Source of the DNA: Carcharhinus amblyrhynchos
Lineage: Eukaryota
Length of the DNA: 64,000 bases
Direction: 5' to 3'
NCBI GenBank assembly: GCA_965287045.1
Contig: OZ336881.1
Location: forward strand, 45,818,001-45,882,000
The position numbers and the translations under genes were made by a program. Every line of letters begins with the position of its first letter. Position 1 is the first letter of the stretch. Shown piece after piece: positions 38,488 to 51,495 of this stretch. The notes under the pieces were generated by a model. The model was not told the DNA's origin and searched no databases. It worked only from the letters and a program-made list of their open reading frames with translations.

Positions 38488-39364
38488 GTATTTGTGAAAG
38501 AATGATGTGTGGTTAGATATTTATTTTTAAAAAGTGGCCCTGATGATGGCAAATATGGGTTTGTTTAGCGGGGCCTGGATTTTTCCATGTGGCATAGAGC
38601 GTTAACTCCACAGTACACCATGATTTTCTGACAGGATTTCCAACTGGAAGTAAACCCGGTTAGCTGGCTTAGCTTCCAGTCAGGTAGGAACCACTCCAGA
38701 GCAGGCTGCAGCCACTCCTAAGGTGAATGCTCTTTCAGTAAGCTCATTGGTCAGGCTTTAATTGGGAGCAATTTACTACGAGTAACAAACTTGGGGAGAG
38801 GAAATAAAAAACTCTTCCTAATGGTTATTTAGTTAACAGTTTTTAAATCTTTGATTATTACCCTAGTTTTATCCAGCAAATTTAAAGGCGTAAGGAATTA
38901 TCATTCATTCTATTTATCCATTTAATTTATTAAAATAGTGAGAATGTGGGTGGGCAGGATCTGATCCTGAGGAGGGGAGAGTTTGTATTAAGTGTTCAGT
39001 GTAATGTAATTGCTTTTAAGTCACATTTGTTGTTGAGCTTTTGAATTCCTTGAGATTAATAACCAGTAATTAGATGAACTGTCTAAGTCTAAGAATGCCA
39101 TGTCTAAGTTTCAAAACAAAAGTAGATTGCTTTCATCCTTGTTCATATATGTATGCATGTTTGCGATGTGTATACACTTTATCATGTATTATTCAGTAAC
39201 AAGAAATGGAAAGCAATTGTGAATAAGTTATATGCCATCTGAACATGAGGTGAAGCTGTGTGCCAAAATCTATCACAAATTATAAGTGTCATCACATGCT
39301 AACTGTCCTTTACTATTCCTTCATGTGCTGTAGGAACTCAATGTTAGCACTGAGATATTAACAA

Positions 39365-39383
39365 TGACCAGCAGATGGCATTG
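39365..39383 (+). promoter_or_regulatory. candidate CTCF site
   Basis: TGACCAGCAGATGGCATTG fits the CCASYAGRKGGCR core, in non-repeat intron sequence. Motif match only. Confidence 0.4.
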
Positions 39384-41712
39384 CACTCATTTAAATTGTA
39401 TCATAGTAGCTACAGTTCTGCTTTTATCCCTGAGGTACACATAGAATTAATAACCATGAAGACAGTCATACAAAATACTTAACCTTTTATTCCTTGCAAT
39501 CTAATGCTGCAGTAAGTTCACAAAATGATACCTTTGAAAATTCTGCTTGACTCAAGTATGTTACTTATTTGCTTATAAAAATATGAGTCAGTAAGATTCT
39601 GTTGCTGCTGTAACCAGTTGGCACTTATGTTGGCAAAAGTATGCTGCTCTTCTAAGATGTACATATGTCAGCACATTTTATAAATATTATTGATTTCCCA
39701 GTTTCATTTTCCATGATCCTTTGAGCATAAATTGGAACCCAGGAAAGGAAATAACACAGAATTCAGCATCATCACTACAGAGCTATTATTATTGAACACA
39801 GAAACAACTTCTAATTCTTCCCTTGGCCACCAGTTAGACTAGCTGAGTCCATGAATACAATGTGCACAGTCATAGGCGTGCACCCAATTCATTCCATGTT
39901 CTTGAATAATTTGGAGTTGAATGTTAAATGCAAGTATATACTTCTCTAAATAGTGAACTAACTGATCTTAACTGGAAAATATTGCACTATCTTATGTTGT
40001 GAAGTAAAAGATATGCTTTGTCTCAGATGCTTGGTAGGTTTGTGATGAAACAATGCAACTATAATTGCCTCATTTAATTTTGTATGTGTGCCATTTGTGT
40101 TAATGTATAACATAATAAAAACATACGCATGATTTCACTAGAAATAGTGGAGAGAATCTGCTCCTCCCTCCAAAGTTAGTGGTACTACTGTACAGTGAAT
40201 GGATTCAATGCCTGAATGTGCACTGTTTAGTTAAATGTTCATTGCTTTAACTTGTTATGTTTTATCTTAGAATGATGTCACATAGTTTGCATTGTTTGTT
40301 ACAAATCAATATACCAATTAAAAATGTAGGCATTAATATCTCTGTTAAAATAGAGGACAAATAAATATAGTTTAAAGAAATCAGGAGAATGAAAACCCAT
40401 GAGTCACAATGCCAGTGCTTAAACTTCTTAGAATTTCAGGGGTCAATTGGAGGGCACAACACATGTAAAGTTCTCATGTATCCATTCATTGTTCATATGC
40501 AGAATAACTGCTGACATTAACTAAAATTTGAAGCCTGAATGATATGCACAGTTGAATGAAGTGGGTAATGATGTTAAGTGTACTAATCTGTGTGAAGAGA
40601 GCTCACACCAAATGAATGCTAAAGGTAAAGGACACCCACAAGCTGGCTCCCAGGCCTGTGGAATATTTTCAGCAATTTCTGCTTTTTAAAAAAAGGTTTC
40701 CAACATCTTAGGTATTTTGCTTCTGCAGCAAACATAAAGCTACTTGAGTAATCTGGAATGTTGCAGTTGGAGAGTGGGCAAATAGTGAGTGGAACCAATT
40801 TCATCAATCCTGCAAGCATGCAGGGACTGAGGCGTTTCTTACCCAAACAGTGCAAAATGAAAGGGAATCTGGGGGGAAATGATCCCAAATGCTAAATAAT
40901 GTGCAAAGTATGGTGCATTTTAAGCCAATTTTCTGAAAAAAACTACACTTGTAACAAGAAAAGGATTAGAACTGTAATTTTACCAGATGCAATGATTAAT
41001 GTTGAATATCAGAACAAATGTGAAATATCACTGAAATATATAAATGAATAAACCATGAGATTTCCTAATATATTAGTGATTTCTGTTTAACATATATCAG
41101 CAAGTTTTCTATCTTCCCTTTAGTGATCTGTTTACAGGACACGGCTATGGCTAGTCACGTTTGCCTTATAATTACTAGAATAAACTGTGATTTACCAGTG
41201 AATTCCATGCTCAGAATTGCACTGAATTACTGTCAGTCAGTGAAAGGACTGATTGGTTCATTGTGCGTGCGTGTTGTGTGTGTGAGTGTGCGTCGGAAGT
41301 AGTTTCATTTAATTATATCCTAGATACATTTATGGTAAGACCTGTCACTTGTAGCGAAGCACAGTATTTGTATTTAGATAGCATCTAATGCGTGCACTCA
41401 AAATTTGTTTTTCCATTCAGGTCTGTGGAGATGTCCATGGACCAACAGCGCAAACTTTGTATTCCCTCCGATTCTAAGATCCAGGCTTCAATTAAATAAT
41501 GAGCCACTTAGTTGTGTTTATGTTGTCAGTGGTCCTAACTATATCTTGCTTTATATTACTGGTGTCCCTTTCAACTCTACAGCAGTTGCTGTAATGCTCC
41601 AAAGTTTTACATGATCTTGACTCAACTTCATGTTCCACATCTGGTCTATTATTATAAAAAACTGGTTGCTCTCAAAGATATTGACTGTTTTTAACTTCTT
41701 CCCATTGCTATT

Positions 41713-42917
41713 GAATCTCTCCATCGAACCTTTATGCTCTCACTCTTTACAATAATGTCCTAACTAGCCTCTCAGTTCCACCTGACATCCATCATTTGTT
41801 GCCCATAATCTCACATCCACTATTCCCATGTTTATATCATATTCCCAAATTGTCTCTGTGGAAACATGTTTATAGGAATTTCCCTCCCAGGAGGCTGAAC
41901 ATTCTGCCAAACTATGCTCAACTTGCAACAGGTAATGTTTTGATTATTTCAGGACAAACTGAATCTTGATCTGTGAAATGAATGTTTGCATAAGTTGATA
42001 AATCTTTGAAATTCAATCTGGCAGTGATGTTGAGTAGTGCAATAAAGCATTGTGCATTGCAGTTCAATACCCCCAACTCTCAGTAGAGGAGAAGCATCTT
42101 CAAAAGGAAACCAAAGCTAAATCAGAGACTACTGAGAGTTGGGGGTATTGAACTGCAATGCACAATAATGCTTCTGTAGGCTTTTAAAGGAAAAACTTAC
42201 AGCAGAGGTCCAACACAAGTCACTCATCTGCATTTTTGGCCCACAAGCCCAGAAGAGGAGAAAATCAGAAGGAAGGTCAGCGATAATATCATTGAATTAT
42301 AACTTGTGGCTACAAGTTTTACATTATAATCCAAGTTTAAGCAAAAACTGAAACTGGCACCTTCATGTTTAAAAACTGTGGTTCATCTCTCCCTATTTAA
42401 ACACTATATTCACAAATAGAGAGGAAGGCCAATGTCAGACAAAGTTTGCTAAACATTTACAACCAGAGATGTCCCAACACAACAACCTCAATTTTAACTT
42501 GGAGTGAGTAGCCTGGGAGGGAAATTCCTATAAACATGTTTCCACAGAGACAATTTGGGAATATGATATAAACATGGGAATAGTGGATGTGAAATTATGG
42601 GCAATAAATGATGGATGTCAGGTGGAACTGAGAGGCTAGTTAGGACATTATTGTAAAGAGTGAGACCATAAAGGTTCGACGGAGAGATTCAGCTTTGGTT
42701 TCCTTGGGAAGATGCTTCTCCTCTACTGAGAGTTGGGGGTATTGAACTGCAATGCACAATGCTTTATTGCACTACTCAACATCACTGCCAGATTGAATTT
42801 CAAAGATTTATCAACTTACACAAACATTCATTTCACAGATCAAGATTCAGTTTGTCCTGAAATAATCAAAACATTACGGGTTGCAAGTTGAGCATAGTTT
42901 GGCAGAATGTTCCGCCT
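41713..42917. repeat. permuted long inverted duplication A(179)-B(227)...A'(179)-B'(227) with extra 38-bp hairpin
   Basis: 41713-41891 is the reverse complement of 42512-42690; 41892-42118 is the reverse complement of 42691-42917; 42129-42166 is the reverse complement of 42049-42086. Confidence 0.95.
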
Positions 42918-43504
42918 TCTGATCAACTAATAGGCCAACATTGTATAGCAATGTATTGCGTAATATCTATATCTATATCTGTGTTCATGGAATGATTCTT
43001 GAACATGTACCTTTTCTTTAAAATGTGATTTGGGAAATAATACACTGCTGTGCAACATAATTATGAAAACAACCCTAATGCAATCAGTTTGCAAAACAAT
43101 ACAAAAGGAATTGTGTTAGTTGAGGGAACATTCCAGACATTGGATATTGTATGTGGAATGAGCTATTAAAATTATAATCAGGGGTCAGGATTAATCAGTG
43201 AAATGTTATGTACATAAAAATGGGTGATTATAAACAAAGATAGGAAAGATCAACTGCAGATTAGGTCCATTAACAAGAAAAAAGTATTTTACCATCATAC
43301 TGAAAATTCCTCTTAATGGAGATGAAATTGTTCCTTCAACACACCCAGTTATATGCTGGCTGTAAATTATACACCAGATGTTGTTCCTTCCATCAGTGCT
43401 TTCACCCCCAGGAAGACATTCATGAGCCTAAGACTCGTATTGTTCGGAATGCCTTTATCCATCTTGTATCAGTATAGTTGTTACTCGTGTCATCTTCTTG
43501 CAGT

Positions 43505-44530
43505 TTTTTTCTTCATTCACAGGATGTGGGAATTGCTGGCTAGGATAGCATTTGTTGCTTAATTGCCCTTGAGAAAGTGGTATTGAGCTGACTTATTGAA
43601 CCACAGAGGTCCATATCATGTAGGTACACCCATGGAGCTGTTAGGAAGGCAGTTCCAGGAATTTGACCCAACAACAGTGAAGGAACGGTGATGATTGTCA
43701 AGTTAGAATGCTATGCATCTTGGAGGGGAACTTGCAGGTGGTGATGTTCCTATATCTGCTACCCTTGTCCTTCTAGGTGGTAGAGGTCATGGGTTTGGAA
43801 TATGATGTTAAGGGAGCCTTGGTGAGTTGCTGCTGTGCATCTTGTAGATTGTACATACTAATGTCACTTTGTACATGGTGAAAAGGGAATGAATTTTAAA
43901 TTGGTGGATGGGTTGGCAATCAAGCAGGCTGCTTTGTCCTAGATGAGTTTTTTGAGTGTTGTTGAAACTGAAACTTCCCCATTGTGGAGAGTATTCAATC
44001 ACACATCTGTAGATGATGGGCAATTTTTGGGGAGTCAGAAGGTGAGTTACTCATTAAAGAATTCCCAGCTTCTGACCTGTCGTTGTAGCTGCAGATTTAT
44101 ATGCTGACCCAGTTCAGTTTCTGGTTGGTGGTGACCCTGCAGGATGTTGACAGTTAGGGATTCAGCAATGATAATGTCAATAAGTGTCAAAGAGAGATGG
44201 TTAGATTCTCCCTTGTTGTAGATGGTCATTCCCTGGCATTTGTGTGATACTCGTGTTAATTGCTCCTTTTCAGTCTAGGCTTGAGTGTTGTACAGGCCTT
44301 GCTGCTTATGGACACAGATTGCTTCACTATCCGAGGAGTCACAAGTAATGCTGAACATTGTGCAACATTAGTGAAAATGCCCATTTCTGACCTTATGATA
44401 AAGGGAAGGCCATTGATGAAGCAATGGAGATTGTTGGGCCCAGGAGACTACACTGAGAAACCTCTGTGATAATGTTCTGGAACCAGGATAATTGACTTCC
44501 AATGGCCACAATCATCTTCCTTTATGTTAG
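43505..44530 (-). mobile_element. old LINE (CR1/L2-group) 3' fragment, tail shared with SacSINE1-like SINEs
   Basis: Homologous fragments at 53110-53500/54535-54930, 59100-59600 and 63660-64000, the last with ORF EYSSRAW...KKLDTIQDK. Confidence 0.7.
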
Positions 44531-47500
44531 GTATGACTCCAAGCATTGAAGAGTTCAGAACTTCCATTTGGCTGTCATGGTAATGCATCTTTTATTTTAC
44601 ATGAACAATACGATATCAATGATATGTTTTAATTGCCACTATGCTTACAGCTGGTTAAGAAATCCAGGGAGGAAAACTTTGTTCATATAGTACCATTTTG
44701 CTACTCAGACAACAATCAATTCCCTGAGATGAGACAGTATCATGGGCTATCGCCTGTAGATTTGAAACCCAAGCAGTTGCACAGGTAAACTCACTATCCC
44801 AAAAGGGAAAAAAACAGTATGGAGTGCTTAGGGGAGAAGAAAAGGAGACGATGCAGAATATTGTGCTACAGTCATAACTAGGGTGGAGGGAAAGATCAGC
44901 TTAACATAAGGTAGATTGGCCAATACTCCTGTGTTAGCTGAATAGCTGGAGATTCGTGTAAGCAGCGAGAGGTAAATATAATACCTCTTGCCCCCTGGCC
45001 CCCAGGTTCTACTTCACCATGGTCTCTGAGACCGTGCCTCCTACCCTCCTCATCAGGGCCTGTCAGATTGTCACCTGGTGAAACTGAAATACGTACAACA
45101 TTAATATCTAGCACAGCTTCTCACTCATCGCCTGCTTGTGGCACTGGCAGTAGCCACTGCTGCTCTCGGAACAGGATTTGTCGCATCCGTCATGAGTGAA
45201 TAGGAGTTGTTCTCATTCTAACAAGCACCCGCTACCCCCACCACCACCATTTTCATTATTTCCCAGCCCCCCCAGCCAGCCCAGGAATTTTGAAATATTG
45301 AGCAAGGTGTTAAATTGCATTGTGGAGACTATAGCCCAAGGCTTTCTTCAGCTGATGTCAAAAGATGAGTGTTTATATGTTCCTCAATCACTCTCAGTCA
45401 CCTCCACCCGTCTGTACTCTTGGGATGCTGAAAACAATTGCAGCAGTTGTCAGTTAAATATGTGAAAAGAGACATTGATATTTAGATGCTAGAACTGAGA
45501 CATCATTTTGATCCTTCTGATTAAGCTGTACACTGAATTTAATCGTACTCCTTTTTTAATTTAGCACTGTTTGGTTCGCCATCAGTTCACTCCTCATCAT
45601 CTGTTTAATTTTCTGTTTTCAATCCCAAATTGTCAAGATTCCCCAGTTTGAATTTTTCAAAATATACTTCCTAACTATTCAGCTGAAGGCACATTTCCAG
45701 CAATTATTCCACATTCATTTACAGAGGAAAAAAATCAGTGACATCAAAAGATTACAACAACAGCTCTGTGAAAAAGAAGTGTTCTGTGATTTCTCCATTT
45801 GAATTCTTTATTAATTCATTATACCTGCGTCCTGATCAAATATAGTTCTTTCTAAATATTAATCTTTCTTTTGTTCCACATATCCCTTGTTTTACCGCAG
45901 GCATATAGTGATATACATTATTAAAATAAGAGAATAAATGACATAAATATTCCCCTTTGTTATATTTTAAAGACCTGGATTATTTTTAAGCTCTATTTGT
46001 GCAGTGTGATTTTAAAATCGCCTGCAGTGATTATTAGCAAAGGGCTAGCTGTTCTCTGTATTGACACAGCAAAAGCCTGAACTAATAGGGAAAAAAAACT
46101 TCCATTTTAGTTTGTCTCCTGTCTCCTTTTCTGTTTCAACACTCACCACCCCCCCCACCCATGCAATATTTGACTTGCATGAAGGTAGTCACTTTTTAAA
46201 AAAATGTGTTTGTTTCCAAAGTCTTCAAATGATTTATTTCTGAACCTTTTCATATGAAACCCCTTTCACAACTATATTAATGAAGGAGTTAACCCATCTA
46301 TTTTGAACAGGTACTAGCTCGATTAAATAATATCAAAGCATTGTGATAAAATGTGTTCAGCAGTCATACGCTAATATTGCACCAGATTCTTCAAGGCTCA
46401 AGTGTTTTATTTGCTCTCAAGTTGTAGATTCCCCAGCTGTCTTGCATCCTTTCCTGCTTGAGAGAGCAGACAGGCAATTTGTTCCCAGGCGACTGTTGAT
46501 GGGCACTCTCACCCAGCTGCTAAGAATCATTTGAAAAGTGCCTGGGGTAGCTTGCCTGCCACTTTACTTTCCCTCCCTTCGTCCCTATAGAGAAAGACCT
46601 GGCCTTAAATGAAGAACTATTATGTGAAGAATTCTGGGTGTGAGCACATTCTTTACCACATGTGGATCAGCACCTTGGAGCAAAAATCTGCTGCACTGAA
46701 ATACAGCTTTCATTTCTTTATTTTTGCTTCTGATTTTAAATGCTGAATGCTTTCTACTTTTTCAATATTCACCTTGCTCCCCAATTTCTCAGTTCCCTGG
46801 GTCAAGTGATTGCTTGCTATTATTTCCAAAGAATTAATCATCATTTGAGGGTTGATTGACAGCAGATTTCAGGGGCTCTTCCCATAGATTGCTTGCCAAC
46901 AATGTGTGTGATAGTTGTGACAGTCTGAGGTACAAAGGAATCATTGACAATAGCTTGAATAGAAACAGAAAGGTCAGTCAGTGGCTTTGACATCATTGAG
47001 AGAATGCAATTTATGCAATGTTATGCTGTAACACCTTCCAGACAGCCAATCACTACTTATACAAATATTTGTCATTGTGAGTCCTTGAATGAAATTCTGT
47101 TCTTTATATATTGCTGAGTCATAGTGTTTTGGGGGGAAAAAGAACTCTATGCTCTTGGTTAAAAGTTGTTGGAAGATAGTTGGCATTAATTAAGAAGAAT
47201 CTCATGAGAAATGTTTAACATATGACAGATTATCAAACAATTATCCTTTTAGCTTGTCACCAGCAAAGGTGCTTGTTCGACTAATGTTTGAGCAGAGACT
47301 AGAAGAGTTGGGAATGTGGCTCAAATAGTTGCTGAATTAGTGATAATGCAGTCTGCCCATATTATCCTAGGGAACTGACGGTAACATATCATCACCTGAT
47401 TTTCCAGTTTGATGTACTCTGCTCAGTTCCTCGGGGCAATGCAGGTTGGCTATCTATCATTACTTAATGCTGCATAAAATGCAATTTTAATGCAGTCAGA

Positions 47501-48639
47501 TTCTACTACAATTTGAATTGAGCTCTGTTTATGACTTTGCAAGGTAAGATGTGAATCACTTGCCACAGAGTACCTAGCCATTGTCCTATTTTTGTAGCCA
47601 TGGTGTTAATAATTGACCAGTTCAGCTTCTGGCGAATGGTGTTGTCTGCCCAAATACTTATCCACTGATATGCTTAAATTACTCTATCAACTCAAAATCA
47701 GTCTGCCCAGAGAATTAGGGGAAATTTTAACCTTATCTGCTTGCCCCAGACCAGGCAAATAGTTAACTTTTTCAGGTGGTTTGCCTATTGACATCTCCCA
47801 CCAATCCCATGATCATCTATTTCAGCCTGCTCTCCTCAGCAGTTAGCTACCTTAAAGCCTGAAGCCAACAGAGTCCTTCTTTAATATGCAAATCAGGGGC
47901 CAATTGTGTAATCAAACTCAACCACAGTTTAACTGTGATCTGAGCTGGAAAACCTTTGTGGGAAGATGCCTAAACATATCATAATTGTATTTTCCCTGTA
48001 TGGACAGGAGGAACAGCAGTATTTCTTGGTCACAAAAGAAAAGTTTACACTTGTCCTGTGCTGCAGTCCCACCCTACCCATCCCACCCCACATTCTTTCT
48101 CTACTTGAAAATCCTCCTGAAAATTCCTTCCCCATGATCTACCTTCTTTCCAGAGACCCTTTCTTTTAGTTTAGGCTGGTGACTATCTGATATCCTGCCT
48201 AAAGCCACTGGCCAGCTGTTGCTTCCAATCTGTTTTGGCTCGGCCATCACGAATGGTCAGTAGATTAGTCCAGAATTTAATACCACTTGAATCTTATGCT
48301 GAGGTCAAGTAGTTTGCGCTCACCCCTGTTTGCTCAATTCCTTTTCACAGTCAAAATTAGGGTTGCTAGGTCCTGTATTATCACCCCACATGTGAAGAAA
48401 TTTGTTGCAGCATCAGTCTTGAACTTGCCTTTTGCCGGCTACTACCTATGTTGCTTTGTTCTTTAGTCACGTTTAACTTGACATGACTTTTAAGGTGAAA
48501 GGTTTATATTCTATTTTGTATCTCTCATACTACTTGAGATCCCATCTTATTTATCTCCTTTGAAGGCAAAAGATTGTTCCAACCTTCCTTCATAATTTCA
48601 TCTACTGATATTGGGAACTAATCTTACCAACTTTCTGTA

Positions 48640-50200
48640 TTATTTTCATGGCTTGGACATATCCCTTGTGTGTCACTGATTAGGACTGAATGCAGTATTT
48701 AAGATGAGTCTGACCCAAGCATCTTCAGCACGATCATGTCTTATATACTTTACTGACATGGTGATGCTGCTCAGTATTTTGTTTGCTTTGTTCATTACTG
48801 TTTTTCAATAATTTGGCATCATTGGTATAGGTTAGTGACACTATCAGGTTGTTTTCAGCTTCTTCGCCAGCTATAGCCTGTGCCATATTCTTTTGTATTT
48901 CCTCGTGTTTTCAAAATGTATAAAACCTTGTGCTTTTATTTTGAATTTTATATGCAATAATCCTCCCCACTTAGAAATATGTTCAAAGTCCTTTTTCAAT
49001 TCTTTGACAGTTCTGTTTAACTGAACTGCTTTCTTTCCTCCGATTGCATAACAGAGCAACTTGCAGTGTGTGTCTGAATCCATTAATTTACATAGATCAG
49101 AAACTATTGGTGTTCTGATGCCAATCACTAGGGCACTCCATTAATTCCATCTCCCAAGCCTGTCATTTTCTTCTGTTACTCAACACTTCTCTTTTCGCCA
49201 ATTCTATATCCTCCATAATTTATCAGGATGCACATACTGTCTTAAACTTGTGAAACAGCCGTTAATATAGAATTTGATAGGAAAATATTTTGGAATTTTT
49301 TGGGGAAGTCACTTGCTCAAAGAATGTTGAAGAGCAGTCAGACCTCATTTGCCCTTTCTAAAACCATGTTCCACATTGGCTAGTGTGTAAGAGGATTATT
49401 TTTATGTAGGCAATTGCAAAAGGATTTAATGAACGATTTTCAATATTTTGCCATTTACTGACGTAAAACTATTGAGCCTGTTTTTTTTTTGAAGCAAAAC
49501 AGAAAAATGCTGGAAAATCTCAGCAGGTCTGACAGCATCTGTGGAGAGAGAATAGAGCCAATGCTCTATTTGGCCCTGACAAAGAGTCATTCAGACTCAA
49601 AATGTTGGCTCTGTTTGCTCTCCATAGATGCTATCAGATCAGAGATTTTCCAGCATTTTTCTGTTTTTGTTTCAGATTCCAGCACCTGCAGTATTTTGCC
49701 TTTTTCTGTCTTTGTGGAGGTTTGATTAGTCACCTTTTTTGAAGTAGGTATCATGTTGGCTTGTTTCAAATTCAGTGAGACCACACATATATGTTCATTG
49801 ATTGCTTCATGATGACTGTCAGCACTAAGTAGATTTTGCCTCTAGAATCATTTAACAATCTTGGTTGTGCGAACTCATCCCTTGAGATGGTTTTGAACTC
49901 TTGCAAGTGAAACCAAAGTTTGGATTCCTGTCAGACCTCCGATGATAAGTGGCATGCTACTGGTGTCTTCTATTGAGTACTCCTAGGAGGTAGTAATTTA
50001 ATACGGTAACTATTTTCATATGATTTATAAATTTGCACCCCTTTTTCTTTAATAGTGCTCTTGCTCTATTGTACTGTCAGATTTTTGTTTTGTAATGTCT
50101 GACTTATGCAGCTATTAATTTCCAATTGTCTTTGACCACCACGTTTACATTAGTTTGGAAATTCCTGTCGGCTTTCAAAGGTATTTACCCAATTTTTGGA
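48640..50200 (-). mobile_element. very old CR1 LINE remnant
   Basis: Decayed RT motifs: ggcactccatt at 49132 reads GVP on the minus strand; ORF 48871-49128 LKKDFEHISKW...KF. Confidence 0.55.
49495..49705 (+). mobile_element. second palindromic Penelope-like non-autonomous element with decayed hammerhead
   Basis: Arms aaaacagaaaaatgctggaaaatctc...gcatctgtggagag / ctctccatagatgc...gagattttccagcatttttctgtttt. Centre ctgacaa-a-gagtc(attca)gactc-aaaa-tgtt. Confidence 0.75.
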
Positions 50201-50429
50201 TAGAATTTCATTGTAACACACTCACTGACAGTTGGGGTTAGGGGTGTGGAGGAAGTAGTGAAGGGCAGTGTTTCAGTCACAGACTTTGCTGTGGCTATTT
50301 AATTCAGCCATAGTATTAACATACTGCTTTTGGATTTCCTGTGAGAAGCTTCTCAGTGAAAGGCTCCATACTAAAAGAAACCCAGTAACGGTCCAAATAG
50401 CTACATTCAGCATTATTTGTGAAGGCAGA

Positions 50430-50655
50430 ATGATAGAGAAGGTTGCCCCCTTGTTCTGTGACTCTTTTTTGAAGGTGATGCTGGTAATAATCAGATGAGA
50501 AGAAAAGTGTTGTTCCATACAGATGGGAGGAAGAGGCCAGTTGCCTAAACTAAGCGGGAAGTCCCTGAACTAGTGGACAATACGAATGTGTTGATGCCTT
50601 GTAACTGGATTCAATGCTACAAGAGGTTATTGACTTAATAATGGCAGGAAAAGTG
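50430..50655 (+). pseudogene. Harbinger-type Myb/SANT-like DNA-binding protein remnant
   Basis: Frameshifted peptides EKVAPLFCDSFLKVML / RRKVLFHTDGRKRP / WIQCYKRL resemble the APRF...LF...W.QC.KRF pattern. Confidence 0.5.
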
Positions 50656-51295
50656 AGTGGCATCCCATTTGCAGGTGTCAGCTCCCACTTTCAGAATTAC
50701 CCAGCATCCTCTGCACAGCACTGCCCAGACTAGCACACTTTCCATTCCATGCTCCAGATCCATTCATGCTCCTCCAGGCACCACTTCACTTGCCCATCTC
50801 AACAGCCAACACACATCCACCCCCATCTTATTAGTTTCTCACAGCCATCCCTCACAATCATCTTGCACAAATATTGTCATTCAACCATTGCCACATATTC
50901 ACATCTCACACTCAGAGATCTCTGCTCTCTTTGATTACAGAAGGGAGCTTGCAACTTCAGGGAGAAACAGATAACTGGGGTGGGCCTATGGGCCACATTG
51001 ATTGCTATGGAGGAACAAACTTTTTACATTGGAAAGGTAACACAGTTCATGGGTTTAGGCAATGGAGAGATTTAGGCCTCATAAGTACCTGGTGATTGCA
51101 TTAGATATCATACTTCTACTTAACACAACACTTACTCATACCCATGTCAACAACAATTCATTCATTCATTCATTCAGAGGAGTCAAGCACTCTGAAGATG
51201 CACAACCGCTTAACTCATGCACACTGCACACTATTGCAGATATACACACCTTAGTGGGTACTGCAGAACCTGGTGGAAGGCACTCTGTCATATTT

Positions 51296-51495
51296 TAGAA
51301 ACATAGAAAAACCACAGCACAATACAGGCCCTTCAGCCCACAAAGTTGTGCCGAACGTATCCCTATCTTAGAGATTACTAGGCTTACCTATAACCCTCTA
51401 TCTTACTAAATTCCATGTACTTATCTAAAAGTCTCTTAAAAGACCCTATCGAATCCGCCTCCACCACCGTTGCCGGCAGCCCATTCTATGCACCC
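51296..51495 (-). mobile_element. short CR1 3' fragment
   Basis: tagaaacatagaaaa...acaggcccttcagcccaca...gcctccaccaccgttgccggcagcccattc. Confidence 0.8.

Noticed and set aside
41701-41730. PIAI peptide resembling beta-neurexin VPIAI
   Set aside because: In-frame stop just upstream, no His tract or donor, and it lies on the duplication breakpoint.
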